DNA of 63,864 nucleotides, filler included, from Octopus bimaculoides (taxonomy: Eukaryota): the NCBI RefSeq assembly GCF_001194135.2. It is 5 parts of 5 records of this genome, joined end to end, with 100 filler letters (N's around TTAATTAATTAA, not from the genome) between each part and the next. Parts side by side here need not be neighbours in the genome. Positions count along the whole stretch, not along the records: positions 1 to 12,429 come from NC_069007.1; 4 more parts are not named here. One strand, 5' to 3'. Made by a program: the position numbers and the translations under genes. Position 1 is the first letter of the stretch. Every line of letters starts with the position of its first letter. The notes under the pieces are model-generated. The model saw only the letters and a program-made list of their open reading frames with translations, had not been told where the DNA came from and made no database searches. Below are positions 1-10,577 of the stretch, in pieces.

Positions 1-150
1 ACATATACATACACATCTATATATACATATACATACACATCTATATATACATATACATACACATCTATATATACATATACATACACATCTATATATACAT
101 ATACATACACATCTATATATACATATACACACACATCTATATATACATAT

Positions 151-190
<40 letters not shown>
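1..190. repeat. 24-bp minisatellite (ACATATACATACACATCTATATAT)n grading into (AT)n
   Basis: About six tandem near-identical units visible from base 1, then an (AT)n run. Confidence 0.9.
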
Positions 191-193
<3 letters not shown>

Positions 194-299
194 TATATAG
201 AGTCAGATCTGTTTGCATCTAGTGATTGTTGTAATTATGCATCGACATCAAACGAGCAGTTGTTGGTTTCTAGTTTGCATAAAATATTTCCTTGCTTAG

Positions 300-415
300 A
301 AACAGGTGAGGATTGGTGACGGGAAAGGCATCCAGCTGCAGAAAATCTCCATCAATGAAATCCATCTGATCCATAGAAGCATGGAAAAATGAAGGTTAAA
401 TGATGAGGATCATTA
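300..415 (+). mobile_element. 3' tail fragment of a dispersed RTE-like/SINE repeat
   Basis: GGAAAGGCATCCAGCTG...AGCATGGAAAAATGAAGGTTAAATGATGA; the same tail recurs at ~23530, ~33200, ~38930, ~46640, ~62735 and ~63660. Confidence 0.65.
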
Positions 416-594
416 TATCATAGTGATATGGTTCCTCTTCTGTATAAATGCATTTCTGTTTTAATAATTGATCATTTTCATTGATTGATTTCGCACAAAT
501 AGCTAAGGTTATGGTTATATCTTTCATAATATTATGACTGTGTATAAATTAATACACCATTTTGAAGGAATGATTAAGCACTGATATCAGACTG

Positions 595-2301
595 TTATGG
601 TTTCTCCTCTGTATGAATATGTTTGTGTTCAGTGAAGCTACTCTGAACAGAGAATGATTTACCACAGATATCACAATGATATGGTGTCTCCCCTGTATGA
701 ATACGCTTGTGTTTGGATAAGGTACTCCAATAAGAATATGATGTACCACAGATATCACACACATATGGTTTCTCTCCTGTATGAACACGTTTGTGACGAG
801 TTAAATTCCCTCTTTGAGAGGATGATGTACCACAGATATCACACATATGTGGTTTCTCTCCTGTATGAACACGTTTGTGACTACTTAAATTCCAACTTTG
901 AGAGAATGATTTACCACAGACATCACAATGATATGGTTTCTCTCCTGTATGAACACGTTTGTGGGTATTTACTTTATCTTTCTCAGAGAATGACTCACTG
1001 CACACTTCACACTGATACGGTTTCTCTCCAGTATGAATACGCTTATGTATAGTTAAATGGTGGTCCCGAGAGAATGATTTACCACAGATATCACAGTGAT
1101 ACGGTTTCTCTCCTGTATGGATGCGTCTATGTTCAGTTAATTGTGGATTTTGAGAAAACGACTTACCACAGATATCACAGTGATAAGGTTTTTCTCCTGT
1201 ATGAATACGCCTGTGTCTTGTTAACGGTGAATTTTGAGAGAATGACTTACCACAGATATCACAGTGATATGGTTTCTCTCCTGTATGAATGCGTTTGTGT
1301 ACAGTTAAATCCTTATTATGAGACAATGATTTACCACAGATATCACAGTGATATGGTTTTTCTCCTAAATGAACACGCTTGTGTATATGTAAATGGTGGT
1401 CTCGAGAGAAAGATTTACCACAGATATCACAACAATACGGTTTCTCCCCTGTATGAACACGCTTGTGTACAGTTAATTGTTGGTTTCTAGAAAATGATTT
1501 GCCACAGATATCGCAATGGTATGGTTTCTCTCCCGTATGAACATACTTGTGTATAGTTAATTGTTGGTTTTGAGAGAATGACTTACCGCAGACAACACAA
1601 TGATATGGTTTTTCTCCTGTGTGTATAAGTTTGTGTGTAGTTAAATGGTGATTTCGAGAGAATGATTTACTGCAGATATCACACTGATATGGTTCCTCAC
1701 CTGTATGCGTACGTTTGTGAGTACTTAAGTTACTTCTAGAAGCGAATGTTTTACCACAGATATCACAGTGATATGGTTCCTCACCTGTATGAACACGTTT
1801 GTGAATCGTTACCTTACCGCTTTCAGAAAATGATTTACCACAGATATCACACTGATATGGTTTTTCTCCTGTATGAATACGTTTATGTATAGTTAAATAT
1901 TGATTTCGAGAGAATGATTTACCACAGATATCACACTGATATGGTTTCTCTCCTGCATGAACTTGTTTGTGAATCGTTACCTCACCCCTTTCATAGAATG
2001 ATTTACCACAAATGTCACAGTGATATGGTTTCTCTCCTGTATGAATACGCTTATGTACAGTTAAATAGCAATTTTTAGAGAATGATTTATTGCAGATATC
2101 ACAGTGATATATTTTCTCTCTTGTATGAATTTGTTTATGACTGACTAATTCTGAATTTTGACAGAATGATTTATCACAGGTATTGTGATTTTGTTTCTCA
2201 TCTGCATTAATGCATTTGTGTCCACTGAGTTTACCTTTTTCCGAAAACGACTCTTTGCAGATGTCACACTCATATGATGATTTTCCTAATTTTTCTGACA
2301 T
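595..2301 (-). CDS. Tandem C2H2 zinc-finger protein (ZNF-A), 568 aa, 18 intact fingers plus 2 degenerate N-terminal fingers, no KRAB/SCAN/BTB domain
   Basis: Uninterrupted ORF with repeated CxxC...HxxxH motifs and TGEKPY linkers at 84-bp periodicity; ATG start, TAA stop. Confidence 0.95.
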   Translation of the reverse strand: MSEKLGKSSYECDICKESFSEKGKLSGHKCINADEKQNHNTCDKSFCQNSELVSHKQIHTREKIYHCDICNKSFSKNCYLTVHKRIHTGEKPYHCDICGKSFYERGEVTIHKQVHAGEKPYQCDICGKSFSRNQYLTIHKRIHTGEKPYQCDICGKSFSESGKVTIHKRVHTGEEPYHCDICGKTFASRSNLSTHKRTHTGEEPYQCDICSKSFSRNHHLTTHKLIHTGEKPYHCVVCGKSFSQNQQLTIHKYVHTGEKPYHCDICGKSFSRNQQLTVHKRVHTGEKPYCCDICGKSFSRDHHLHIHKRVHLGEKPYHCDICGKSLSHNKDLTVHKRIHTGEKPYHCDICGKSFSQNSPLTRHRRIHTGEKPYHCDICGKSFSQNPQLTEHRRIHTGEKPYHCDICGKSFSRDHHLTIHKRIHTGEKPYQCEVCSESFSEKDKVNTHKRVHTGEKPYHCDVCGKSFSQSWNLSSHKRVHTGEKPHMCDICGTSSSQRGNLTRHKRVHTGEKPYVCDICGTSYSYWSTLSKHKRIHTGETPYHCDICGKSFSVQSSFTEHKHIHTEEKP

Positions 2302-2725
2302 CTCTTCAAGAAAATTTAAATCAATCCTTCAAGTTTATACGTCTATAGCTTTTCAAAATATATGGATATTTTTCTCCTTTTTGTTTTTATAGATTATTCC
2401 AAACAAATATCACTTTTGTTATATTTCTTTTAAGTTTGTTCTTGTCAATATTTAGAAATGTTGCAAATACTTTTGTAAATTCATCAAAGAAGAAAAAATT
2501 ATCTTACACTTATTTCAGACAGTGAAATAAAAAAAATGTTTTTTTCTTTCTCTCAGAGGAAATATTTTACTGTAATTCAGCAATGTTTTACAGAAACAGG
2601 GTTATACGTTTGTAGAATATCTTTCCAGAGTGTTTCAAACATGAAACACATTGATGATTCTTTAAAAGTAAAAAATACTTTTTAGCCAATTTCATGTGAT
2701 TTTCTGAAAGAATAGAAAAAAAAAA
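2302..2725 (-). promoter_or_regulatory. Predicted 5' UTR of the ZNF-A coding exon and its splice acceptor (AG at 2705-2704)
   Basis: Minus strand reads TTTTTTTTTTCTATTCTTTCAG|AAAATC; an equivalent acceptor lies at the paralogous position upstream of ZNF-B. Confidence 0.65.
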
Positions 2726-3860
2726 TATATAAGACATAGAATATGTTTAAAATAATCTGAATACTGTTTCTGAAAATTACCTCCATTCACTTTGTGCATC
2801 AAAATGATTAAAGCAAGATAAGATAAATTTTCTGCTTCAGTTCTCCAGAATTACATTTGTTAAAGGACTTATACACATAAACAGCCATCCTTAGACATCA
2901 GAAAGTTTGAAGAATTAAAGATACTTAATATTTGTCATTCTTCTCGACGCCTTTTTCAACCTTCTAAGTAAACCAAGGGAGAATACTCCTGTTACATTTG
3001 TACTTCTGTTAGAACTATTGAAATTGAATTAAATAAAAATAACATTGGGCAAAATCTTACGAGCCACATTTCTATAATATCTTGAGTATTGGTTTGAAAA
3101 CAACCTGTGAGTTACTCACAAATAATCTTAACCTCATAAAGAATATAATTAAAGAGAAAAGGTTAAATATGTATGTATGCATGCATGTAGAGAGCTATGT
3201 GTAAGGCTAAAAAAGGAAGTAAAAGTATAAAAACGTTTTATGGAACTGGTCGAACAAATATTTTTATTTTTCCAGGACTAAAAACGATGGATTACCATAT
3301 TTATTTGTTATATTGTCTAAAATCAATCCTCTTTCAACAAATACTTTGTTAATTAATACTGCTACGTATTTATTTAGTAACCTATAATACCAATTCCACC
3401 ACTGTTCCCTTGAATCTTCCTGCTTATGCTACCCCCAATTTCAAATATTTCGTTTTCGACTCTCAAACCAGATGAAAACTTGTACCATATCGACGTACTA
3501 TCTTATATTTCCAACTACACCCCTGCCCTTATAAATGCTAAAATGACTTTATATTCACATTTTCCAAGATAAATTCATGATTTTGTGACTACCTGAACAC
3601 TTTATAAAAATCTACTCTCTCTTCTCTCTCCTACAATGCTTTCACGGTTTATCTATGATTTTTTCTTCTGGTAAATATACTTAAAGCACGGCGCATTTTC
3701 GAAGAAATGGGGAGTGTATAAAATTATCTTGGGTCGTGCGAAACACCGAAACGAAAAAAATATATCCGTTCATAATTTCTCTTGAATTTTATACATAGTT
3801 TCATTTCATAAATAATATGAATTTTTAATATTGCTTTTTAATTAAAGTTAACAAAATATT

Positions 3861-4046
3861 GGTTTCAAATGTTGGCAAAGGCTAACAATTTCGAGGGAGG
3901 GGTCCCCGCCTGTGTTCAACTGGTACTTATTAGGACGAAAGGCAAAGTCGACCTTGGCGGGATTTGAAATCAAATCATAAATACAGACGAAATATTGCTG
4001 ATTATTTTGCCCAGCACGCGAATGATTCTGTCAGCTCTCTACCTTA
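3861..4046 (-). mobile_element. tRNA-derived SINE, family A (decayed)
   Basis: GGCAAAGTCGACCTTGGCGGGATTTGAA core, seen again near 11520, 26060, 60560, 61180 and 61430. Confidence 0.75.
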
Positions 4047-4074
4047 AATATTATATTATATTTTTCTGTAACAG

Positions 4075-4083
4075 ACTTACCTC
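4075..4083 (-). promoter_or_regulatory. Candidate splice donor of a non-coding upstream exon of ZNF-A
   Basis: Minus strand GAG|GTAAGT, full consensus, 1.4 kb upstream of the 2704 acceptor. Confidence 0.45.
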
Positions 4084-4103
4084 CTGGTGTTTCGCTTTCT
4101 CTC

Positions 4104-4390
4104 TTTAAATACAGGTCTCGATTCATCAACGTAACGATAAGAAGGGGAGGTAATCTAGTTTTACCAAAACTACTGTTAATGATGTAAGGGACCTCACGAT
4201 ATCACCCGTTTTCAATCTGATGTTTTTATAGTGCACACTCATTAGGGTGACACAGAAAACGGGTGGTGTACGTATTCTTTACCTCCGCCAGCCAGGGTTA
4301 GTTTTGACTTACACAAGGGCCGCTACATTACCTCTCCTATAGATGCGTCGGGACCTCTATTTAAATAGTACCAAAACTATTAATGATTCT
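4104..4390. repeat. Imperfect inverted-repeat (MITE-like) element
   Basis: TTTAAATACAGGTCTCGA...GGGGAGGTAATCTAG (4104-4158) is mirrored by CTACATTACCTCTCC...TCGGGACCTCTATTTAAA (4323-4365); core shared with 62662-62723. Confidence 0.55.
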
Positions 4391-4497
4391 AAAGTAAAAT
4401 GAGATCATATTTATACTTTTGTACCACCCCACAGAGTATAATTACATGTGTAATTACTGCAATTTAAGTTCTTTTTGTTTTGTTTTTATTTTTTTTC

Positions 4498-4605
4498 TTA
4501 GGACCATAAGTTATAGATATTACAATGATATGATATCTTTCCTGTACAAATGTGTTTGGACACCTTGTGACAATTTTCAGAGAATGATTTCCTACAGATA
4601 TTATG
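4498..4605 (-). pseudogene. Decayed C2H2 zinc-finger remnant
   Basis: Translates as HNICRKSFSENCHKVSKHICTGKISYHCNIYNLWS*, about 1.3 eroded fingers of the same family as the flanking genes. Confidence 0.7.
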
Positions 4606-4615
4606 GGCGTATATA

Positions 4616-5230
4616 CCGTATATACTTGTGGCTATGTCACACCCTTAGTTTGGGGTTATCAAAGTACGTATTTGCAGTTGACTTACAGATATGTTGTACT
4701 ATAACCTGGGGAATTACATGACCCTTTTTTTAAAACATAAATATAACTAATATTTGTTAAATATTATCAAATATTCACCTTTATTTCAAAACTTTGCTTA
4801 CAAGTATTAAAACATTTTTGTGGAAATGACTTCATGTGGAAATCAACTAAAAAAAAACCCCAAAAGACAATAAGTATCAACTTGACAAGAAAAATGCCAA
4901 GAATTACAAACAGGACAAAAAAATGTTATATAAAAAATGTATTTATTTATTTCAGGATTGAAACCCCAAACTTCTTCATTGTCATCATGTCAAAGATTCT
5001 TTTCATTTGTTGATCAGTTACTGTCTCGTCATCAGCGGCCATGCCATAGTAGTCATTTAACTCATCATCAGTTATAATGTTCAACTCTATTCTCATTCTC
5101 TGTCTTTTCTGTGACTGATCCAGCCAAACCCTCAAACATCGTTTTCAGTGCCATCCATGGCATTTGTGATTTCACATTTTTTGAAGGATTTAAAAATTAG
5201 TTCTTCAGGGATACTATCCCCAGGTTTTCT
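4616..5230 (-). mobile_element. pogo-family DNA transposon, 3' fragment
   Basis: TA|CCGTATATACT TIR-like end at 4616; minus-strand PEELIFKSFKKCEITNAMDGTEND plus an acidic tail resembles the pogo-type SFKKCGISNALDG C-terminus. Confidence 0.65.
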
Positions 5231-5249
5231 TCACCTATTCTACTACTAA

Positions 5250-5345
5250 GCTTAACCCACAACGTTTCAGCTGATATACCCTCCAGCCTTCATTAGATGT
5301 CTTGGGAAATTTTGAACCCGGGTTCTCATTCCTAAGGTATTTTTC
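5250..5345 (-). mobile_element. Penelope-type terminal repeat fragment with mutated hammerhead motif
   Basis: Minus strand CTAATGA-AGGCTGGAGGGTATATCAGCT-GAAACGTTG; same family as 63476-63522. Confidence 0.6.
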
Positions 5346-5904
5346 AATGTTGTTGTTATTATTATTATTATTATTATTCAGGTCACTGCCTGCAATTGAA
5401 CTCAGAATCTTGGGGTTAGTAGTCCACGCTCTTAATCACTATGCTATATGCCCACGGGCATATAGTGTAGAACTGTACCAAACTCTTTTTCTGCAGATCT
5501 GTTTCCATGTTCTGCATAACCCACCACTTCCAACTTTAAACCTACTTCATAACACTTTCTCTTACTCATGATAAAGATTTGCAATTACTAAAATTTTTAA
5601 ACTAAAAACTGAAACGAATCAATGTTGTCAAAAAGACCACCACACAAACTTCCGGTTTCCGCTTTCTAGTAATCAAATGTTTCTATAACAACTTGAGAAC
5701 TAAAAAGCCCAGGGTCTATTGATATGCTGCTGTCACCTTCAGATCCCTGTGATGTCGAATGGATAAGTCACACACCTGATTTATATCAAAATTTTTGTTG
5801 AAAAAACTGTTCCATTTGCAAGTATATATAGTAGTTACAGTTCTGTATGAACACATCTATGTCTAGTCAATTCACCACTTTGAAAGAATGATAGCCCACA
5901 AATA

Positions 5905-6942
5905 TCACATTGGTTTTTCTCCTGTATGAATGCATTTGTGAGTAGTTAAGTTATCATTTCGAGAGAACAATTTACCACAGATATGACAGTGAAATGGTTT
6001 CTCTCCTGTATGAATAAGTTTGTGTCTAGTTAAAGTCTTTCCAATAGAGAATGATTTACCACAGATGTCACAGTGATATGGTTTCTCTCCTGTATGGATA
6101 CGTTTGTGTCCTGTTAAGGTATTTCTCTGAGAGAATGATTCTCCACAGATATCACATTGATATGGTTTCTCTCCTGTATGAATGCGCTTGTGAGAAATTA
6201 CCTCAATATTTCGAGAGAATAATTTACCACAGATATCACAATAATATGGCTTCTCCCCTGTATGAATGTTCCTGTGGCTAGTTAAATCATAATTTCGAGT
6301 GAAAGATTTACCACATGTATCACACACATATGGTTTCTTTCCAGAATGAATACGTTTGTGAGTAGTCAACTCATAATTACGAGAAAATGATTTATTACAG
6401 ATATCACAATGGAATGGTTTCTCTCCTGTATGAACACGTTTGTGACTAACTAAATGTTGATTTCCGTAGAATGATTTACCACAGATATCACAGTGGTATT
6501 GCTTGTCTCCTGTATGGATATGTTTGTGAATATTTAAGCTATATGTACGAGAGAATGATTTACCGCAGATATCACAGTGATATGGTTTCTCTCCTGTATG
6601 AATACGTATGTGAGTAATTAAGTCACCACTTTGAGAGAAGGATTTACTGCAGACATCACACTGATATGGTTTCTCTCCTGTATGTGTGCGTTTGTGAGTA
6701 GTTAAGAAATGACTTCGAGAGAATGATTTGTTACAAATATTACAGTGAAATGGTTTCTCTCCCGTATGAATACGTTTGTGATTAATTAAGTGCTGATTTT
6801 GAGAGAATGATTTACTGCAAATATCACAGTAAAATGGTTTCTCTCCTGTGTGAATACGTTTGTGCGTCGTTAAGTTTCCTTTCTGAGAAAATGACTTTTT
6901 ACATATATCACAATGATAAAGGTTTACTAAATCTTTTGACAT
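5905..6942 (-). CDS. Tandem C2H2 zinc-finger protein (ZNF-B), 345 aa, 12 fingers, no effector domain
   Basis: Uninterrupted ORF of CxxC...HxxxH fingers with TGEKP linkers; the start ([11 protein letters not shown]) resembles that of ZNF-A ([12 protein letters not shown]). Confidence 0.95.
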   Translation of the reverse strand: MSKDLVNLYHCDICKKSFSQKGNLTTHKRIHTGEKPFYCDICSKSFSQNQHLINHKRIHTGEKPFHCNICNKSFSRSHFLTTHKRTHTGEKPYQCDVCSKSFSQSGDLITHIRIHTGEKPYHCDICGKSFSRTYSLNIHKHIHTGDKQYHCDICGKSFYGNQHLVSHKRVHTGEKPFHCDICNKSFSRNYELTTHKRIHSGKKPYVCDTCGKSFTRNYDLTSHRNIHTGEKPYYCDICGKLFSRNIEVISHKRIHTGEKPYQCDICGESFSQRNTLTGHKRIHTGEKPYHCDICGKSFSIGKTLTRHKLIHTGEKPFHCHICGKLFSRNDNLTTHKCIHTGEKPM

Positions 6943-7385
6943 TTTTACAGGAAAGAATCAGTTCTTTAACTTTACACCTCAGTAATTTTTCCGTAGTTCT
7001 GTCTCTTTTACAGAAATATATTCAAACTTTTCTTCTTTTTATGTTTATAGTTTCCTTCCAACAAATATTCCTCCAGCTATATTTCCATCAACTGTAATCT
7101 CTGCTGTCATTTGGAAATATTGCAATCTCCTTTGTAAATCGAATCCAAATTTATTTAGAATGCAAGATTGTCTTGTACATGTTCCAGAGAACAAACACAG
7201 AGAAATGGTGTTTATAATCTCACCCAAGAGGAAATATTTTACCTCAGTTTCCTATTAAACGCGGTTATATCAATTCTGTATAAAATCTTCCAATAGTCTT
7301 TAAAAGATGATGAATATACTGGTGATGTTTCTGTTGTAACAATTCTATTATTCCATTATTCTGAAATAACAGAAATAATATAAGA
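6943..7385 (-). promoter_or_regulatory. Predicted 5' UTR of the ZNF-B coding exon and its splice acceptor (AG at 7362-7361)
   Basis: Minus strand TATTATTTCTGTTATTTCAG|AATAAT; blocks of similarity to 2302-2750. Confidence 0.65.
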
Positions 7386-8119
7386 TAGAGAATACATTTA
7401 AACTGTAGAAATGGCAACAAGGAATATTTCCTACATTTCTGTATTTATAAATTATTGATGCAAAACTTTATTTGAAAAATTAATCTCATCTAATCTGTCC
7501 CCTCATATGCCATATCTAACTTGTATACATATTNNNNNNNNNNNNNNNNNNNNNNNNNNNNNNNNNNNNNNNNNNNNNNNNNNNNNNNNNNNNNNNNNNN
7601 NNNNNNNNNNNNNNNNNNNNNNNNNNNNNNNNNNNNNNNNNNNNNNNNNNNNNNNNNNNNNNNNNNNNNNNNNNNNNNNNNNNNNNNNNNNNNNNNNNNN
7701 NNNNNNNNNNNNNNNNNNNNNNNNNNNNNNNNNNNNNNNNNNNNNNNNNNNNNNNNNNNNNNNNNNNNNNNNNNNNNNNNNNNNNNNNNNNNNNNNNNNN
7801 NNNNNNNNNNNNNNNNNNNNNNNNNNNNNNNNNNNNNNNNNNNNNNNNNNNNNNNNNNNNNNNNNNNNNNNNNNNNNNNNNNNNNNNNNNNNNNNNNNNN
7901 NNNNNNNNNNNNNNNNNNNNNNNNNNNNNNNNNNNNNNNNNNNNNNNNNNNNNNNNNNNNNNNNNNNNNNNNNNNNNNNNNNNNNNNNNNNNNNNNNNNN
8001 NNNNNNNNNNNNNNNNNNNNNNNNNNNNNNNNNNNNNNNNAAATATAAAAATATAATTTTCAACAGAGAGAATTTATCAAAATAGAAAACAAATGAAGTT
8101 TGAAGTTTAAAAATAATAG

Positions 8120-8200
8120 GATCGACCACTCACGACTAGCTAGCGCGGACGCGCGACTGCGCGTTCGGGACCACTCTGCTTTAGTAGTACCCTTATACTC
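8120..8200. promoter_or_regulatory. CpG-rich patch, candidate ZNF-B promoter or first exon
   Basis: GCGCGGACGCGCGACTGCGCGTTCGG in otherwise CpG-poor DNA; minus-strand GTGAGT donor at 8133-8128. Confidence 0.45.
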
Positions 8201-9848
8201 TGTGTGTTTTCAAACGCATGGATATAGGTGTCAAATTTGTTCCAATAACTTTCGAGTGATAGATAGATAGAGAGACAGACAGACAGACAGATAGCTCGCT
8301 CCGGCCAGTCATGGTATTAGCTGTCAGTAGCCAAAGAATCAACTCAAACCAGCAGTAACGTTCCTTGTCAGATTTTTCTACTTTCACTTCTGACAGCTAA
8401 TACCATGACAGTGCCCGATCTATACACATATATATATTTTTTGCTTTTCATTCTTTCAGTGTCGATGAGGTGAGTACCAGTTGTAATCTACGAACTCTCT
8501 ACCTATAATAGTTATGAAAAGATATTTAGATATGGGGAAATAACTAAATTTGGAATGGAGTCTGGATGGAAAACGAAACAGAAATAAAAACTTTTTTTTT
8601 TTTAGTTTCTTTATGTTGTTGAACACTTTAAAAACAAGCATGTGTACGTAAAATGCCATGTATAAAGTATGAACGTTATTAAAAAATATATAATACTTAC
8701 AAATAGATGTAGAGAGAAAGAGTCGACGTACACGATGTGACTATGTTGAAGTAGTGAGAGTTTAAGTCAGACTGGACAATGACAGCTTGAAGAGAATTTC
8801 TTGATTTTAATAACAAATATTGATTTATATTTTTCAGGTCAACATGAAACATGCCGTATCTGTTTGTTCAGGTAGTTAATTACCAATCATGTATATATTT
8901 AATTGGGTTTTCTCTTAAATATCAGCAGTAAAGTGAAACGGCAGCAGAAAATAAACAGAATTAAGAAGATTTGACAAGGGAAGTAAACTCTTATTACTCT
9001 TTATCTTCTATCTTCCCAATTATCATAATCACAATCAGTTCGTATCAATACTATATCAATCATTGAATTATGAATTCAGAACAAAAAAATGTAGCTAAAT
9101 ACCGTAAGGTATGTTGTGTAAAGATTTAATGGTTCCACCAATCCACCGTCCTAATTATCCACATGTCTGAACACATCATAGTTGCAATCCGGTGTAACTA
9201 GTTCTGTGTAACCAGTAAAATAATAGCTAAAATAATATTTGGGCAGTAATATTAAAGGGTTGATGATTATGGCCTGTAAATCGCCATATAGGCGACTCGT
9301 TTGACTTAAATGACCGGAGCATCGCTTATACAGCTAAGCACTTTATATATATATATATATATNNNNNNNNNNNNNNNNNNNNNNNNNNNNNNNNNNNNNN
9401 NNNNNNNNNNNNNNNNNNNNNNNNNNNNNNNNNNNNNNNNNNNNNNNNNNNNNNNNNNNNNNNNNNNNNNNNNNNNNNNNNNNNNNNNNNNNNNNNNNNN
9501 NNNNNNNNNNNNNNNNNNNNNNNNNNNNNNNNNNNNNNNNNNNNNNNNNNNNNNNNNNNNNNNNNNNNNNNNNNNNNNNNNNNNNNNNNNNNNNNNNNNN
9601 NNNNNNNNNNNNNNNNNNNNNNNNNNNNNNNNNNNNNNNNNNNNNNNNNNNNNNNNNNNNNNNNNNNNNNNNNNNNNNNNNNNNNNNNNNNNNNNNNNNN
9701 NNNNNNNNNNNNNNNNNNNNNNNNNNNNNNNNNNNNNNNNNNNNNNNNNNNNNNNNNNNNNNNNNNNNNNNNNNNNNNNNNNNNNNNNNNNNNNNNNNNN
9801 NNNNNNNNNNNNNNNNNNNNNNNNNNNNNNNNNNNNNNNNNNNNNNNN

Positions 9849-9890
9849 TTAGGTTTAGGGTTAGGGTCAGGTTTAGGGTTAGGGTTAGAG
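9849..9890 (+). repeat. Degenerate (TTAGGG)n tract
   Basis: TTAGGTTTAGGGTTAGGGTCAGGTTTAGGGTTAGGGTTAG directly after an assembly gap. Confidence 0.8.
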
Positions 9891-10074
9891 TATTAGATGA
9901 TGTCTGTTTCACTCCTGTGACCGGACGTTGAGATTTAGTGCTCGGGTTGTGTGAATTTTCCGAGCCCTCTCCCCACCCCCACCCCGTTTGCCAGCGCACA
10001 TTTTTTCCTTCATATTTATTTCATATACGGTGCACTTCAACTACTACACTATTTTTTTTTTCAATTTCTCCACC

Positions 10075-10526
10075 GGGCGTGGATCTATATAAAAACCCGT
10101 ATGTTAATATGCTTGCACAAATGTATTTTCAAGGGAAATAACTTTTACGTAAAATACAGAAGTAATGTTTCTTAGAATTAACTTTTTTTTTTTAAACTTA
10201 TCCTGTATATTTTCGGTCAGAGATGTCTCGTAATTATATATTTGAATGAAAACATACGTCCACTGTACTCTGGACCACACACACAACACAACTGCAGCCA
10301 GTTTGCAGCGACGACGTCAACACCACCAATCTACTGTCCTCTACAATGTCGTCGCCAGCGCCAACAACACCACCACCACCACCAGAGTACACACCAACAA
10401 CAGCAACCGACGCTCAACTTCACACACAACACGTGACACCACAGCTCTGCTCTTCGCCCACAACCTCTTGAGTACAGACATTCAACCTACTGTGTTAAAG
10501 ACTCTCGTTCCATGTTCTGTATTTCT

Positions 10527-10577
<51 letters not shown>

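Noticed and set aside
549-1490. ORFs 654-1052(+), 1074-1490(+) and 549-788(-) with MIYHRYH repeats
   Set aside because: Antisense or alternate-frame shadows of the 84-bp zinc-finger repeat.
595-6942. Regularly spaced ~30-bp repeats with variable spacers resembling CRISPR
   Set aside because: These are the 84-bp in-frame zinc-finger linkers; eukaryotic context and no cas genes.
6051-7097. Plus-strand ORFs 6051-6281 and 6807-7097
   Set aside because: Antisense shadows of ZNF-B.
7045-7227. 60-aa minus ORF upstream of ZNF-B as an effector domain
   Set aside because: Starts at TTG, stops before the ZNF frame, and is not kept open in the ZNF-A paralogous leader.
9849-9890. True telomere
   Set aside because: Short, degenerate, and with unique sequence on both sides of the gap.
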